39,449 bases of DNA. Source: a virus. Numbering within the stretch: the stretch's first letter is position 1; each line of letters opens with the position of its first letter. The position numbers and the translations under genes are program-made. Where the stretch lies: the IMG/VR virus record IMGVR_UViG_3300045988_065902; one strand, 5' to 3'. Of the stretch, positions 1 to 6,562 are shown one piece after another. The notes beneath the pieces are model-generated. The model searched no databases. It saw only the letters and a list, made by a program, of their open reading frames with translations, and was not told the origin of the DNA.

Positions 1-141
1 CAAATGGAACGCTCAGCTCGCTCAGGCGTGGGCGGTGAAAACTGACGGCAAGGTGACGGAAAACAACCTGCCGGATGGTGCTGAGATAGATTACTCGGCG
101 AAGTACTACGCACAACAGGCCGGGGGTTCGAATAGCGCGGC
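1..141. repeat. Terminal overlap identical to 39309..39449, indicating a circular or terminally redundant assembly with unique length 39308 bp
   Basis: Base-by-base comparison of the first 141 nt (caaatggaacgctcagctcg...aatagcgcggc) with the last 141 nt shows identity. Confidence 0.95.
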
Positions 142-1192
142 GAAGGCATCAGCCGATGCGGCGAAGGCTTCGCAGACTGCGGCGGCATCGAGCGCGGCGG
201 CGGCGAAGACTTCACAGGACGCGGCCAAGGCTAGTGAGAACGCGGCCAAGGCTTCAAAGACGGCGGCGGCTGGTTCGGCTTCTGCGGCCAAGACGTCGGA
301 GACGAATGCCCTTGCGTCTAAGAACGCGGCGGCCACGAGCGCAGGCGCGGCAAAGACTTCAGAGACGAACGCTAAGACGTCTGAGGATAATGCGAAGAAG
401 GCAGAGACAGCGGCGGCATCGTCCAAGACGGCGGCGGCAGAAAGCGCATCTGCGGCGGCGGCATCAGCAGAAGCGGCGAAGGTTTCGCAGAACGCGGCTA
501 AGGCATCCGAAACGGCGGCAGGCAATTCAGCGACTGCGGCGGCAGGGTCAAAGACTGCGGCGGCTACATCAGAAAAGAATGCCGCCAATTCTGCGACTGC
601 GGCTAATGCGTCCAAAACCGCGGCCAAGGGAAGTGCTACGACGGCAAGCACGAAGGCAACTGAGGCCTCTGCTTCTGCGCAAAAAGCCAAGGATTGGGCG
701 TCAAAAGAGGACGGCCCGGTTGAAGGTTCAGGCAAAACCGCCAAGTATTCTGCGAAGTATTACGCCGAGCAAGCGAATCAGAGCAACAGCGTAAAGTACG
801 TTGCGCAGACGCTGACGGCTGAGCAACAGACCCAGGCACGCGCTAATATTGGCGCTGGGTCTGCGGCTGACGTAACTTCGCAGGGCACGCGGCTGACGGC
901 AGTCGAAAAGAAGGCGGCTGACAACGCGACGGCCATCACGAACCTCAGGGGCGATATTCCGACAAAAACGTCTCAGCTCACGAATGATTCGGGGTTCCTG
1001 ACGACACAACAACAGGCGGACTGGAATGCGACTTCGGGGGTGACGGCTATCAAGAACAAGCCGAAGATCCCATCGAAGACGTCCCAGCTCACGAACGATT
1101 CGGGGTACGTCAAGGCCACGAGCGGCACCACTGATCTGACGGCAGGCTCGTCCAACCTTGCGACTGGCGAGATTTATTTGGTTTACGAATAA
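1..1192 (+). CDS. Tail fibre protein, 3' part. The gene starts at 38569 and wraps through the terminal overlap; the full gene is 1932 nt, 643 aa
   Basis: The frame of 38569.. maps onto the frame of track ORF 35..1192 via the overlap. It has a long Ala/Ser/Thr-rich periodic segment (AAKASxxAAxxS), two SAKYYA motifs, and a duplicated KTSQLTNDSG[FY] fibre repeat near the C-terminus. Confidence 0.85.
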   Translation, partial: KWNAQLAQAWAVKTDGKVTENNLPDGAEIDYSAKYYAQQAGGSNSAAKASADAAKASQTAAASSAAAAKTSQDAAKASENAAKASKTAAAGSASAAKTSETNALASKNAAATSAGAAKTSETNAKTSEDNAKKAETAAASSKTAAAESASAAAASAEAAKVSQNAAKASETAAGNSATAAAGSKTAAATSEKNAANSATAANASKTAAKGSATTASTKATEASASAQKAKDWASKEDGPVEGSGKTAKYSAKYYAEQANQSNSVKYVAQTLTAEQQTQARANIGAGSAADVTSQGTRLTAVEKKAADNATAITNLRGDIPTKTSQLTNDSGFLTTQQQADWNATSGVTAIKNKPKIPSKTSQLTNDSGYVKATSGTTDLTAGSSNLATGEIYLVYE

Positions 1193-1203
1193 AAGGAGTA
1201 AAC

Positions 1204-1545
1204 ATGAAGAAGGTAGAAAAGTACACCGGGGAAAAAACATATATGTTCCCTAACGGCGCCTTGGCAACGAAGGACGCAGTACTAGAGCAGTTCCCCGCCG
1301 CTTTGGCGTTCGTGCACTACGTTGAAACGGACGAAAATGGTGAGGTGATGTGGGCTTTTCAGAATTTATCTGCGATGCGCACGATGTATAAGATCGACGC
1401 GGCACTCACGGAATCTGAGGCCCTTGCGAAGATTGAAGAGATCATTAACACCGAACCGAAAGTGGACACAACGCCGTCGGCAGAAGAACGCATCGCGGCG
1501 GCACTTGAATATCAGAGCCTTGCATCGATGGAGACAGTGGCATGA
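1204..1545 (+). CDS. Hypothetical protein downstream of the tail fibre (fibre accessory position)
   Basis: AAGGAG precedes the ATG at 1204. The stop overlaps the next ATG (ATGA at 1542-1545). I recognise no motif. Confidence 0.6.
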   Translation: MKKVEKYTGEKTYMFPNGALATKDAVLEQFPAALAFVHYVETDENGEVMWAFQNLSAMRTMYKIDAALTESEALAKIEEIINTEPKVDTTPSAEERIAAALEYQSLASMETVA

Positions 1546-1670
1546 CTTACGAGCTTGTAAAACGCAATTTCGACAGAGGACTTTGGACGGCGCAGATGGT
1601 TCGCCTCGCTGTGAGAAAAGGCGTCATCACGAAAGAGCAGTTTAAGGAAATCACGGGGAAGGACTACTAA
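1542..1670 (+). CDS. xkdX: XkdX-family small phage protein (42 aa), below the ORF-track size cutoff
   Basis: My translation is MTYELVKRNFDRGLWTAQMVRLAVRKGVITKEQFKEITGKDY. It shows the XkdX signature (GLWT...V..V.KG.IT.EQ..EITG). It is start/stop coupled to both neighbours. Confidence 0.75.
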   Translation: MTYELVKRNFDRGLWTAQMVRLAVRKGVITKEQFKEITGKDY

Positions 1671-2812
1671 TGACGAAAGCGTGCTATGTTGGCGTGGCCG
1701 GTAAGGCTCGCAAGGTCAAAAAAATTTACGTCGGAGTCGCCAACAAGGCGCGCAAAGTCAAAAAGGGCTATGTTGGCGTGGGTGGGAAGGCGAGACCGTT
1801 TTTCTCTGCCGAGCAGAAACTGGAGTACTATGGGACAGTGACGCCGTTAAGCAGTGCAAGATGGCTAGTAGCGGCTACAACAGTAGGAGATTATGCGCTG
1901 TTTGCCGGGGGCGCGGCTCGTTACACATCTGCTTACCCCTTCTATAGTACAGTAGACGCCTACAGCACGTCCCTCGTGCGCAGCAGTCCTACGGAGCTGA
2001 GTAAAACAGGGTGCGACTTAGCCGCGACGTCTGTAGGAGGTTATGCTCTGTTTGGCGGGGGCGCGGCTCTCGGCATAGCTTTTAATACAGTAGACGCCTA
2101 CAGCACGTCCCTCGTGCGCAGCAGTCCTACGGAGCTGAGCCAACAAAAGACCGACTTGGCCGCTACGACTGTAGGAGGTTATGCGCTGTTTGGCGGTGGT
2201 AGTGATGGCGCCCTTCTTGACGCTCAGGCATTCTCTACAGTAGACGCCTACAGCACGTCCCTCGTGCGTAGCAATCCTACGGGGCTGATTCAAGGAAGGT
2301 TCGACTTAGCGGCTACAACCGTAGGAAATTATGGGATGTTTGGTGGTGGTGTCGCGAATGGCTCAACTTTTACCTACGTAGATGCATACAGCCCAGCCCT
2401 AGTGCGATCCAATATAAATATGAGCCAACAAAGGACCAGCTTGGCCGCTACGACTGTAGGAGGTTATGCGCTGTTTGGCGGCGGTGCTACCGGCCGTCAA
2501 GTAGATGCATTCAACGCTTATCTTGTGCTAACCACAACCACAGGATTAAGCCCATCAAGGGACAGAATGGCCGCCACGACCGTGGAGGGGTATGGGCTGT
2601 TTGGCGGGGGTTCTATCTTAGCTAATTTCTCCGGCTCTAATACAGTAGACGCCTACAGCACGTCCCTCGTGAGAAGCACCCCTACACCCCTGAGTCAAGA
2701 AAGGGCCGACTTGGCCGCTACGACTGTAGGAGGTTATGCGCTGTTTGGCGGTGGTAATGATGGCGGTAGTACATCTCTCACCGTAGACGCCTACACAGTA
2801 GGGGGAGGGTAG
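1670..2812 (+). CDS. Seven-blade Kelch-like beta-propeller protein with an N-terminal YVGVxxKARKVKK triple repeat (putative receptor-binding or fibre-associated)
   Basis: There are seven copies of ...DLAATTVGGYALFGGG...TVDAYSTSLVRSxPT... Several blades share near-identical DNA: a 53-nt block starts at 1949 and at 2087, and shorter copies start at 2237 and 2642. Confidence 0.7.
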   Translation: MTKACYVGVAGKARKVKKIYVGVANKARKVKKGYVGVGGKARPFFSAEQKLEYYGTVTPLSSARWLVAATTVGDYALFAGGAARYTSAYPFYSTVDAYSTSLVRSSPTELSKTGCDLAATSVGGYALFGGGAALGIAFNTVDAYSTSLVRSSPTELSQQKTDLAATTVGGYALFGGGSDGALLDAQAFSTVDAYSTSLVRSNPTGLIQGRFDLAATTVGNYGMFGGGVANGSTFTYVDAYSPALVRSNINMSQQRTSLAATTVGGYALFGGGATGRQVDAFNAYLVLTTTTGLSPSRDRMAATTVEGYGLFGGGSILANFSGSNTVDAYSTSLVRSTPTPLSQERADLAATTVGGYALFGGGNDGGSTSLTVDAYTVGGG

Positions 2813-2887
2813 CCAGCCATCGAAGCCTGATCCTGATGACCCGCACAACAAGTATCCTGGCGGCTCATGGCCCGATAAAACCCCCTA

Positions 2888-2911
2888 GGGCGGCAGGTGC
2901 CGCCCTTTTTG
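2888..2911 (+). terminator. Rho-independent terminator
   Basis: Hairpin GGGCGGC-aggt-GCCGCCC followed by T5. Confidence 0.75.
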
Positions 2912-2953
2912 TTAGCTCCTCAGCTTGGGTACGTTTTGTACCCTGACTGCTAC

Positions 2954-2980
2954 GCCCCTCCGTGTGAGGGGCTTTTTTTT
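2954..2980 (+). terminator. Rho-independent terminator, the second of a tandem pair; an extra hairpin gggtac-gtttt-gtaccc lies at 2927-2943
   Basis: Hairpin GCCCCTC-cgtgt-GAGGGGC followed by T8. Confidence 0.8.
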
Positions 2981-2992
2981 ATAGGTGTTGCC

Positions 2993-3544
2993 ATGTACTT
3001 GCGATGGCTTTGCTTTTTACCGGCATCCCTTGCCTTCGACGTTTTCGGACGTCTGCTAACGCCGCTCGTCGTTCTCTTTGCCGATAAAGACGGCTGGCTA
3101 CCGTCATGGCTTTGGTGGTGGCAGACGCCGGACAATCCTATTGACGGCGACGCCGGGCACCTTGCGCGATGGGGCATATCAACCGCCCCGCTGGCGACAT
3201 ACGTTCGGCGTGTAGCGTGGCTTTGGCGAAACTGCGGCTACGGCTTCAACATTGACGTCATCGGCTTTCACCATCAGGCCGGAGACGTGAAGCAGGTCGA
3301 TGGCGATCCAACGATTGGCGACACTTCGGGAATTTCGGGCGTGTGCCGGTGGAAGGTGTTTCGTGACGGAAAGCCTGTCTGCTGGCAGTTCTACTACGTG
3401 AAGCACTACCGGATTTTTGGAGTTTGGAAGTGCGTTCGCATTGGCGCCGGTTGGAAAATTTGGGGTGAGCCCGTCCCGGGATATGTTTACGGTCAACACT
3501 GGGTTTACTTTCACCCAATGAAGGGCTCAGGCCGAAACAATTGA
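2993..3544 (+). CDS. Hypothetical Trp-rich protein with a hydrophobic N-terminus
   Basis: The track ORF 2897..3544 would begin inside the terminators. An in-frame ATG at 2993 follows AGGTG. The sequence contains WLPSWLWWWQTPDNPIDGD. I do not know the function. Confidence 0.55.
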   Translation: MYLRWLCFLPASLAFDVFGRLLTPLVVLFADKDGWLPSWLWWWQTPDNPIDGDAGHLARWGISTAPLATYVRRVAWLWRNCGYGFNIDVIGFHHQAGDVKQVDGDPTIGDTSGISGVCRWKVFRDGKPVCWQFYYVKHYRIFGVWKCVRIGAGWKIWGEPVPGYVYGQHWVYFHPMKGSGRNN

Positions 3545-3565
3545 TATATGCCGGAGAGGGTGCGC

Positions 3566-4063
3566 ATGACGAATGACTTTATGCCGGTAGGCACCGAGAA
3601 AATACTCGCCGCGGCAGTGGGCGCCCTCACCGGCGCCCTTTCGTTTTTCTTCGGGCTCGATACCAAGCCGCTCATTATTTGGCTCGCGATCTTTATCGCC
3701 GCCGACATCGTGACCGGCATGGCGGCGGCGTTCGTCAATCGAGACTTCGAAAGCCGGTGCGTCTCGCGAGGGCTTTTGAAAAAGGGGCTGATGTTTATTG
3801 TCGTAGGCTTTGCGCACGGCCTAGATGTGCAGTTTTCCTACACGCTGAACTATCTCGCAGTGTTTCAGGGCATTGTCATAGCGGCCTACGGCTTCACAGA
3901 GTTCATGAGCATCATTGAGAACCTTGACCGGATGAATCTTGGCGGGTGCATTCCTGCAATCATTCGCAAAGCACTCAAACAGATTAACGCCCGACTGGAC
4001 GAATCAGTAGAGGAGATCGGCAACAAGCCGAAGGATGGCAAAAATGAAAATCGGATACTTTGA
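3566..4063 (+). CDS. Holin (phage_holin_4_1-like)
   Basis: Multiple TM segments are present, together with the motifs D.VTG....F and FTEFMSIIENL....IP typical of that holin family. GGAGAGGG lies 5 nt before the ATG at 3566; the alternative start is 3548. Confidence 0.75.
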   Translation: MTNDFMPVGTEKILAAAVGALTGALSFFFGLDTKPLIIWLAIFIAADIVTGMAAAFVNRDFESRCVSRGLLKKGLMFIVVGFAHGLDVQFSYTLNYLAVFQGIVIAAYGFTEFMSIIENLDRMNLGGCIPAIIRKALKQINARLDESVEEIGNKPKDGKNENRIL

Positions 4064-4415
4064 TACAAAGGAGCTAGCCAGTAAGGACGGCCAGCGCTCG
4101 CCGTTCGGAGAGCAGCAGGTCAGATCAGAGCTGCTATTTTTACTGAACCGAATCCGCACGGCATGGGGCCGCCCGATCATTGTCAATAGCGCCTATCGCT
4201 CGCCGGAGCACAATCGCGCCGTTGGCGGCGTGGAGAACTCTTACCACGTCCAAGGCCTCGCGGCCGACATCCGGCCGGAGCATCAAGAAGACCTCCCGGA
4301 ACTTCAGGACCTCTGTTTAGAACTCAATTCCGACGGCGGTGTAGGGCTTTATGACAGCTTCGTTCATGTTGACGCCCGGGGCTTCAAAGCGCGGTGGGAC
4401 AACTGCAAAAAATGA
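4044..4415 (+). CDS. Endolysin, peptidase M15 family (zinc D-Ala-D-Ala / L-Ala-D-Glu peptidase type)
   Basis: Motifs SAYRSPEHNRAVGGVENSYHVQGLAADI and FVHVD (the H-x6-D ... H zinc ligand pattern). The alternative start is 4035. Confidence 0.8.
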   Translation: MKIGYFDTKELASKDGQRSPFGEQQVRSELLFLLNRIRTAWGRPIIVNSAYRSPEHNRAVGGVENSYHVQGLAADIRPEHQEDLPELQDLCLELNSDGGVGLYDSFVHVDARGFKARWDNCKK

Positions 4416-4465
4416 CCAAGGCAGAAATCCTCAAATACGTTTTTATTTTTTTCAAGGAGTACGCT

Positions 4466-4666
4466 ATGCACAGCGAAGACTTTCGGGATTGGCTTAAGAA
4501 AATCGGCGTGAAGGCCGAAGACCTCACGCGGGACGCCTACGAAAAACTCAAGGCCGAGAAGGCAAAGATGGATACCGAGACGCGCCGCAAGTGCCGTCTT
4601 TTTTGGGCGACTGTCTCAGTCGTGACCTTCTTTATCGGCCTCGGGCTGGGTCATTTGTTCTTCTGA
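4466..4666 (+). CDS. Small C-terminally anchored membrane protein in the lysis cassette (function unknown)
   Basis: AAGGAG lies 7 nt before the ATG at 4466; an alternative ATGA-coupled start is at 4412. The C-terminal TM segment is LFWATVSVVTFFIGLGLGHLFF. The stop overlaps the i-spanin ATG. Confidence 0.5.
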   Translation: MHSEDFRDWLKKIGVKAEDLTRDAYEKLKAEKAKMDTETRRKCRLFWATVSVVTFFIGLGLGHLFF

Positions 4667-5115
4667 TGACCAAATGGCTCTACATTGCTGCGGGCGTGGT
4701 CGTCTTCGGCGCCGGATACGCTTTTGCTGACGCACTGCGCACCGCGGATATCGAGCGCCTTAAAGCCGAGTACGCTCAGGCCGCGCAGGAGTATCAAGCG
4801 AAGCTAACGAAAAGGGAGGCAGACAATGCGAAGAAGCTCGCCGACGCAGTCGACAAGAAGCAGGCTGAGATTGACGCGCTTGACTCTCAGCTCGCTGGCA
4901 TGCGTGACGATGTTGAGCGCCTGCGCCGTGCCGCAAGCGCCGGCCGTGGTGGAATGCCCGCCGGCGCCGGTAGTGCCCGCCTCTCTTGTGAACGACAAGT
5001 CGCAGACTGTAAACGCTTACTTGCAGAGGGTGCGGAGCTTCTTAGCGAAGGCGGCGAATTGGTCGGCGGCCTCAGCGCAGACAGAAACACCGTCCGGGAA
5101 GCCCTGAAACCGTGA
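4666..5115 (+). CDS. i-spanin (Rz-like inner-membrane spanin subunit)
   Basis: N-terminal TM segment (WLYIAAGVVVFGAGYAF) followed by an Ala/Glu/Lys/Gln-rich coiled-coil-like region. It contains an embedded lipoprotein ORF in another frame. Confidence 0.75.
   Translation: MTKWLYIAAGVVVFGAGYAFADALRTADIERLKAEYAQAAQEYQAKLTKREADNAKKLADAVDKKQAEIDALDSQLAGMRDDVERLRRAASAGRGGMPAGAGSARLSCERQVADCKRLLAEGAELLSEGGELVGGLSADRNTVREALKP
4826..5107 (+). CDS. o-spanin (Rz1-like outer-membrane lipoprotein), fully embedded in the i-spanin gene in the +1 frame
   Basis: GGGAGG lies 6 nt before the ATG. A basic n-region and hydrophobic stretch end in the lipobox L-S-A-C (Cys codon 4922-4924). The mature part is Pro-rich (CAVPQAPAVVECPPAPVVP). 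Confidence 0.7.
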   Translation: MRRSSPTQSTRSRLRLTRLTLSSLACVTMLSACAVPQAPAVVECPPAPVVPASLVNDKSQTVNAYLQRVRSFLAKAANWSAASAQTETPSGKP

Positions 5116-5121
5116 CGCACA

Positions 5122-5196
5122 AAAAAAATAGCGTCAACTGCCCTGGTGTTTAAGGCGAACAAAAAAATAGCGTCAACTCCCCCGGTGTTTAATGCG
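5122..5196. repeat. Two 39-bp-period direct repeats (33/36 identical), each starting with an A7-8 tract
   Basis: AAAAAAATAGCGTCAACTGCCCTGGTGTTTAAGGCG at 5122-5157 versus AAAAAAATAGCGTCAACTCCCCCGGTGTTTAATGCG at 5161-5196. A third partial CACAAAAAA follows at 5197. Confidence 0.85.
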
Positions 5197-5252
5197 CACA
5201 AAAAACGATTCAAACCGGCACCGGCATAGGCTTGCCATGCGGTGTTGAAGGC

Positions 5253-5290
5253 AAAGAAAAACCCCGTGACGTCTGGAGATCGCCACGAGG
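5253..5290 (-). terminator. Rho-independent terminator ending the leftward arm
   Basis: On the minus strand: ccucguggcg-9 nt loop-cgucacgggg (10 bp including two G-U pairs) followed by TTTTTCTTT. Confidence 0.65.
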
Positions 5291-5330
5291 CTTTTCAGAA
5301 AACCGACCGCATAGACTGTTTTCGCGGGGC

Positions 5331-5519
5331 TCATTGTACCCTATCTTTTTGTTTTTCGCCCGCCTTCTGCGCTTCCATGAGCCTATCGCGTATCCAGTGC
5401 GAGCCTCCGAGTTCCTTCAGAAGGGCCGCAAGTTCGACCGGCAGGCTGATAGTGACGTTACGCGAACCGTTCTCATACAGGCGCGGCCTGCCGCCGAGGT
5501 TCTTTTTTTCAGAGGCCAT
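5331..5519 (-). CDS. Ribbon-helix-helix (CopG/Arc-like) DNA-binding protein, 62 aa
   Basis: MASEKKNLGGRPRLYENGSRNVTISLPVELAALLKELGG fits the RHH strand-helix pattern. GAGG lies 7 nt before the ATG at 5519. It overlaps the stop of the upstream gene by 11 nt. Confidence 0.6.
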   Translation of the reverse strand: MASEKKNLGGRPRLYENGSRNVTISLPVELAALLKELGGSHWIRDRLMEAQKAGEKQKDRVQ

Positions 5520-6255
5520 TTGCAAGCCTCTCGACAGCGTCGGCAATCAGCGGATGTTCTTTTGCCCACATGGCGCGCTCGATCCCGCTCGCCCCTTTGT
5601 ACCAAATCGCGCGGTCGTACACTATCGCAGACTTCTTCTCAAGCCAGTAAGCCCGGCCCCAGTCCTCTGCCGTCCTCGGCAGAAAATCAAGCTCGAAAGC
5701 TGATACGTAGATGGCGCCTTGTAAGGCCCACGGGGTGCAGTCCGCCCACTCGGTTCCGAGAGTATCAACAGGACCGCCAGCCGCAGCCCAGCCGTTGACG
5801 AATGCGAGTTTTTCGCTCGCAGTCAGTCCGTTCACGTAAAGAACGAACTCAAGATTGTCGGCCATTTCCTGCGCTTCGGCATCGAAGTCAATGACGGCTT
5901 GCGCCTCCCCGCCCAGCAGGCCGTAACACTCGACCATTTCGGTCTTAATCTCTTCAGACATCGGCTGACCGACCTCGTCGAGCCATTCGCCCGACCAAGA
6001 TGTGTTGGCAACCCATTTCGCCCGCTCTTTCGAGTAGACGACTCGAACGGTCAAATCCTGATAAAAGTCGTAGCTGATGTCATCCGGCAGCTCTCCGGTG
6101 CACAAGTGAGCCTTCCCGTGCGCAACGAGTTCGCCGCTTTCGAGCGATAAGCACTCATCGACGATGCATTTAATGTAGTGCTCTCCGCGAGCGTATTCGC
6201 CACGGCGGTCGAATTTCGTGAACGTGGAAACGATGATGTTTGCGGTGGTTCTCAT
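5509..6255 (-). CDS. Hypothetical acidic Trp-rich protein, 248 aa
   Basis: Long ORF with GGAG 7 nt before the ATG at 6255. I recognise no family motif. Confidence 0.65.
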   Translation of the reverse strand: MRTTANIIVSTFTKFDRRGEYARGEHYIKCIVDECLSLESGELVAHGKAHLCTGELPDDISYDFYQDLTVRVVYSKERAKWVANTSWSGEWLDEVGQPMSEEIKTEMVECYGLLGGEAQAVIDFDAEAQEMADNLEFVLYVNGLTASEKLAFVNGWAAAGGPVDTLGTEWADCTPWALQGAIYVSAFELDFLPRTAEDWGRAYWLEKKSAIVYDRAIWYKGASGIERAMWAKEHPLIADAVERLANGL

Positions 6256-6303
6256 TTTGTATCTCCGAAGCCCTGCGGGCTTTGGTGGTTTCTGATAACT
6301 CGA

Positions 6304-6358
6304 ATATTAGGCTAGTTAGTAACGTACGTAAATTAGCAGTTACCCTAATCTGCGTAAA
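6304..6358 (-). promoter_or_regulatory. Two overlapping candidate sigma70 promoters for the 248-aa/RHH cassette
   Basis: On the minus strand: TTTACG-17-TAATTT (-35 at 6358-6353, -10 at 6335-6330) and TTTACG-17-TAATAT (-35 at 6332-6327, -10 at 6309-6304). Confidence 0.35.
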
Positions 6359-6375
6359 TAATTTGCTCGGCTATA

Positions 6376-6448
6376 TTGACAAGCCATACTATAGCTGAGC
6401 TAATTACAGCGCCCGACGCTTGACAGGCTTGTGGCCTGCGGATACGAT
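6376..6448 (+). promoter_or_regulatory. Two tandem plus-strand sigma70-like promoters, each with a perfect -35
   Basis: TTGACA(6376-6381)-17-GCTAAT(6399-6404) and TTGACA(6420-6425)-17-TACGAT(6443-6448). Both point at the terminator at 6510-6537 with no ORF between them. Confidence 0.5.
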
Positions 6449-6454
6449 CTAAAC

Positions 6455-6537
6455 GCGGGTGGACATGGCCACGCCGTACACTCTGCGTGACCGAATCGGA
6501 CGCAGGGGGAAAAGCCGCATTGAGCGGCTTTTCTTTT
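6455..6537 (+). ncRNA. Candidate small non-coding RNA (about 80 nt from the proximal promoter, about 125 nt from the distal one)
   Basis: Promoter-to-terminator unit in an intergenic gap. Internal hairpins are present (gcgt-gaccgaatcgg-acgc). The only ORF (ATG 6465, 24 aa) has a badly spaced SD and runs through the terminator stem. Confidence 0.35.
6510..6537. terminator. Bidirectional rho-independent terminator
   Basis: AAAAGCCGC-attga-GCGGCTTTT followed by cTTTT on the plus strand; the A-tract gives a U-tail on the minus strand just after the stop of gene 6563..7495. Confidence 0.7.
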
Positions 6538-6562
6538 AAAGGGCTTTATCAGTTTGACTTGC

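Noticed and set aside
106-794. 212-aa ORFs on both strands (106..744 minus, 156..794 plus) inside the tail fibre gene.
   Set aside because: These are alternative-frame readings of the GCN-rich Ala repeat array, giving poly-Arg or Ala/Phe-rich nonsense. There are no start signals.
5117-5210. The direct repeats were considered as an attP core.
   Set aside because: The genome has no integrase or excisionase, and the repeats are direct with A-tracts rather than arm-type/core-type sites around an overlap region. They are kept as an unexplained finding instead.
5232-5798. Plus-strand ORFs 5232..5798 and 5242..5703.
   Set aside because: They start inside the minus-strand terminator and run antisense through the RHH and 248-aa genes, both of which have good SDs. 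The products are Arg/Ser/Pro-rich.
6455-6537. The sRNA candidate was checked as a possible tRNA.
   Set aside because: I could not draw a cloverleaf, there is no GTTCRANYC T-loop, and there is no acceptor-stem complementarity.
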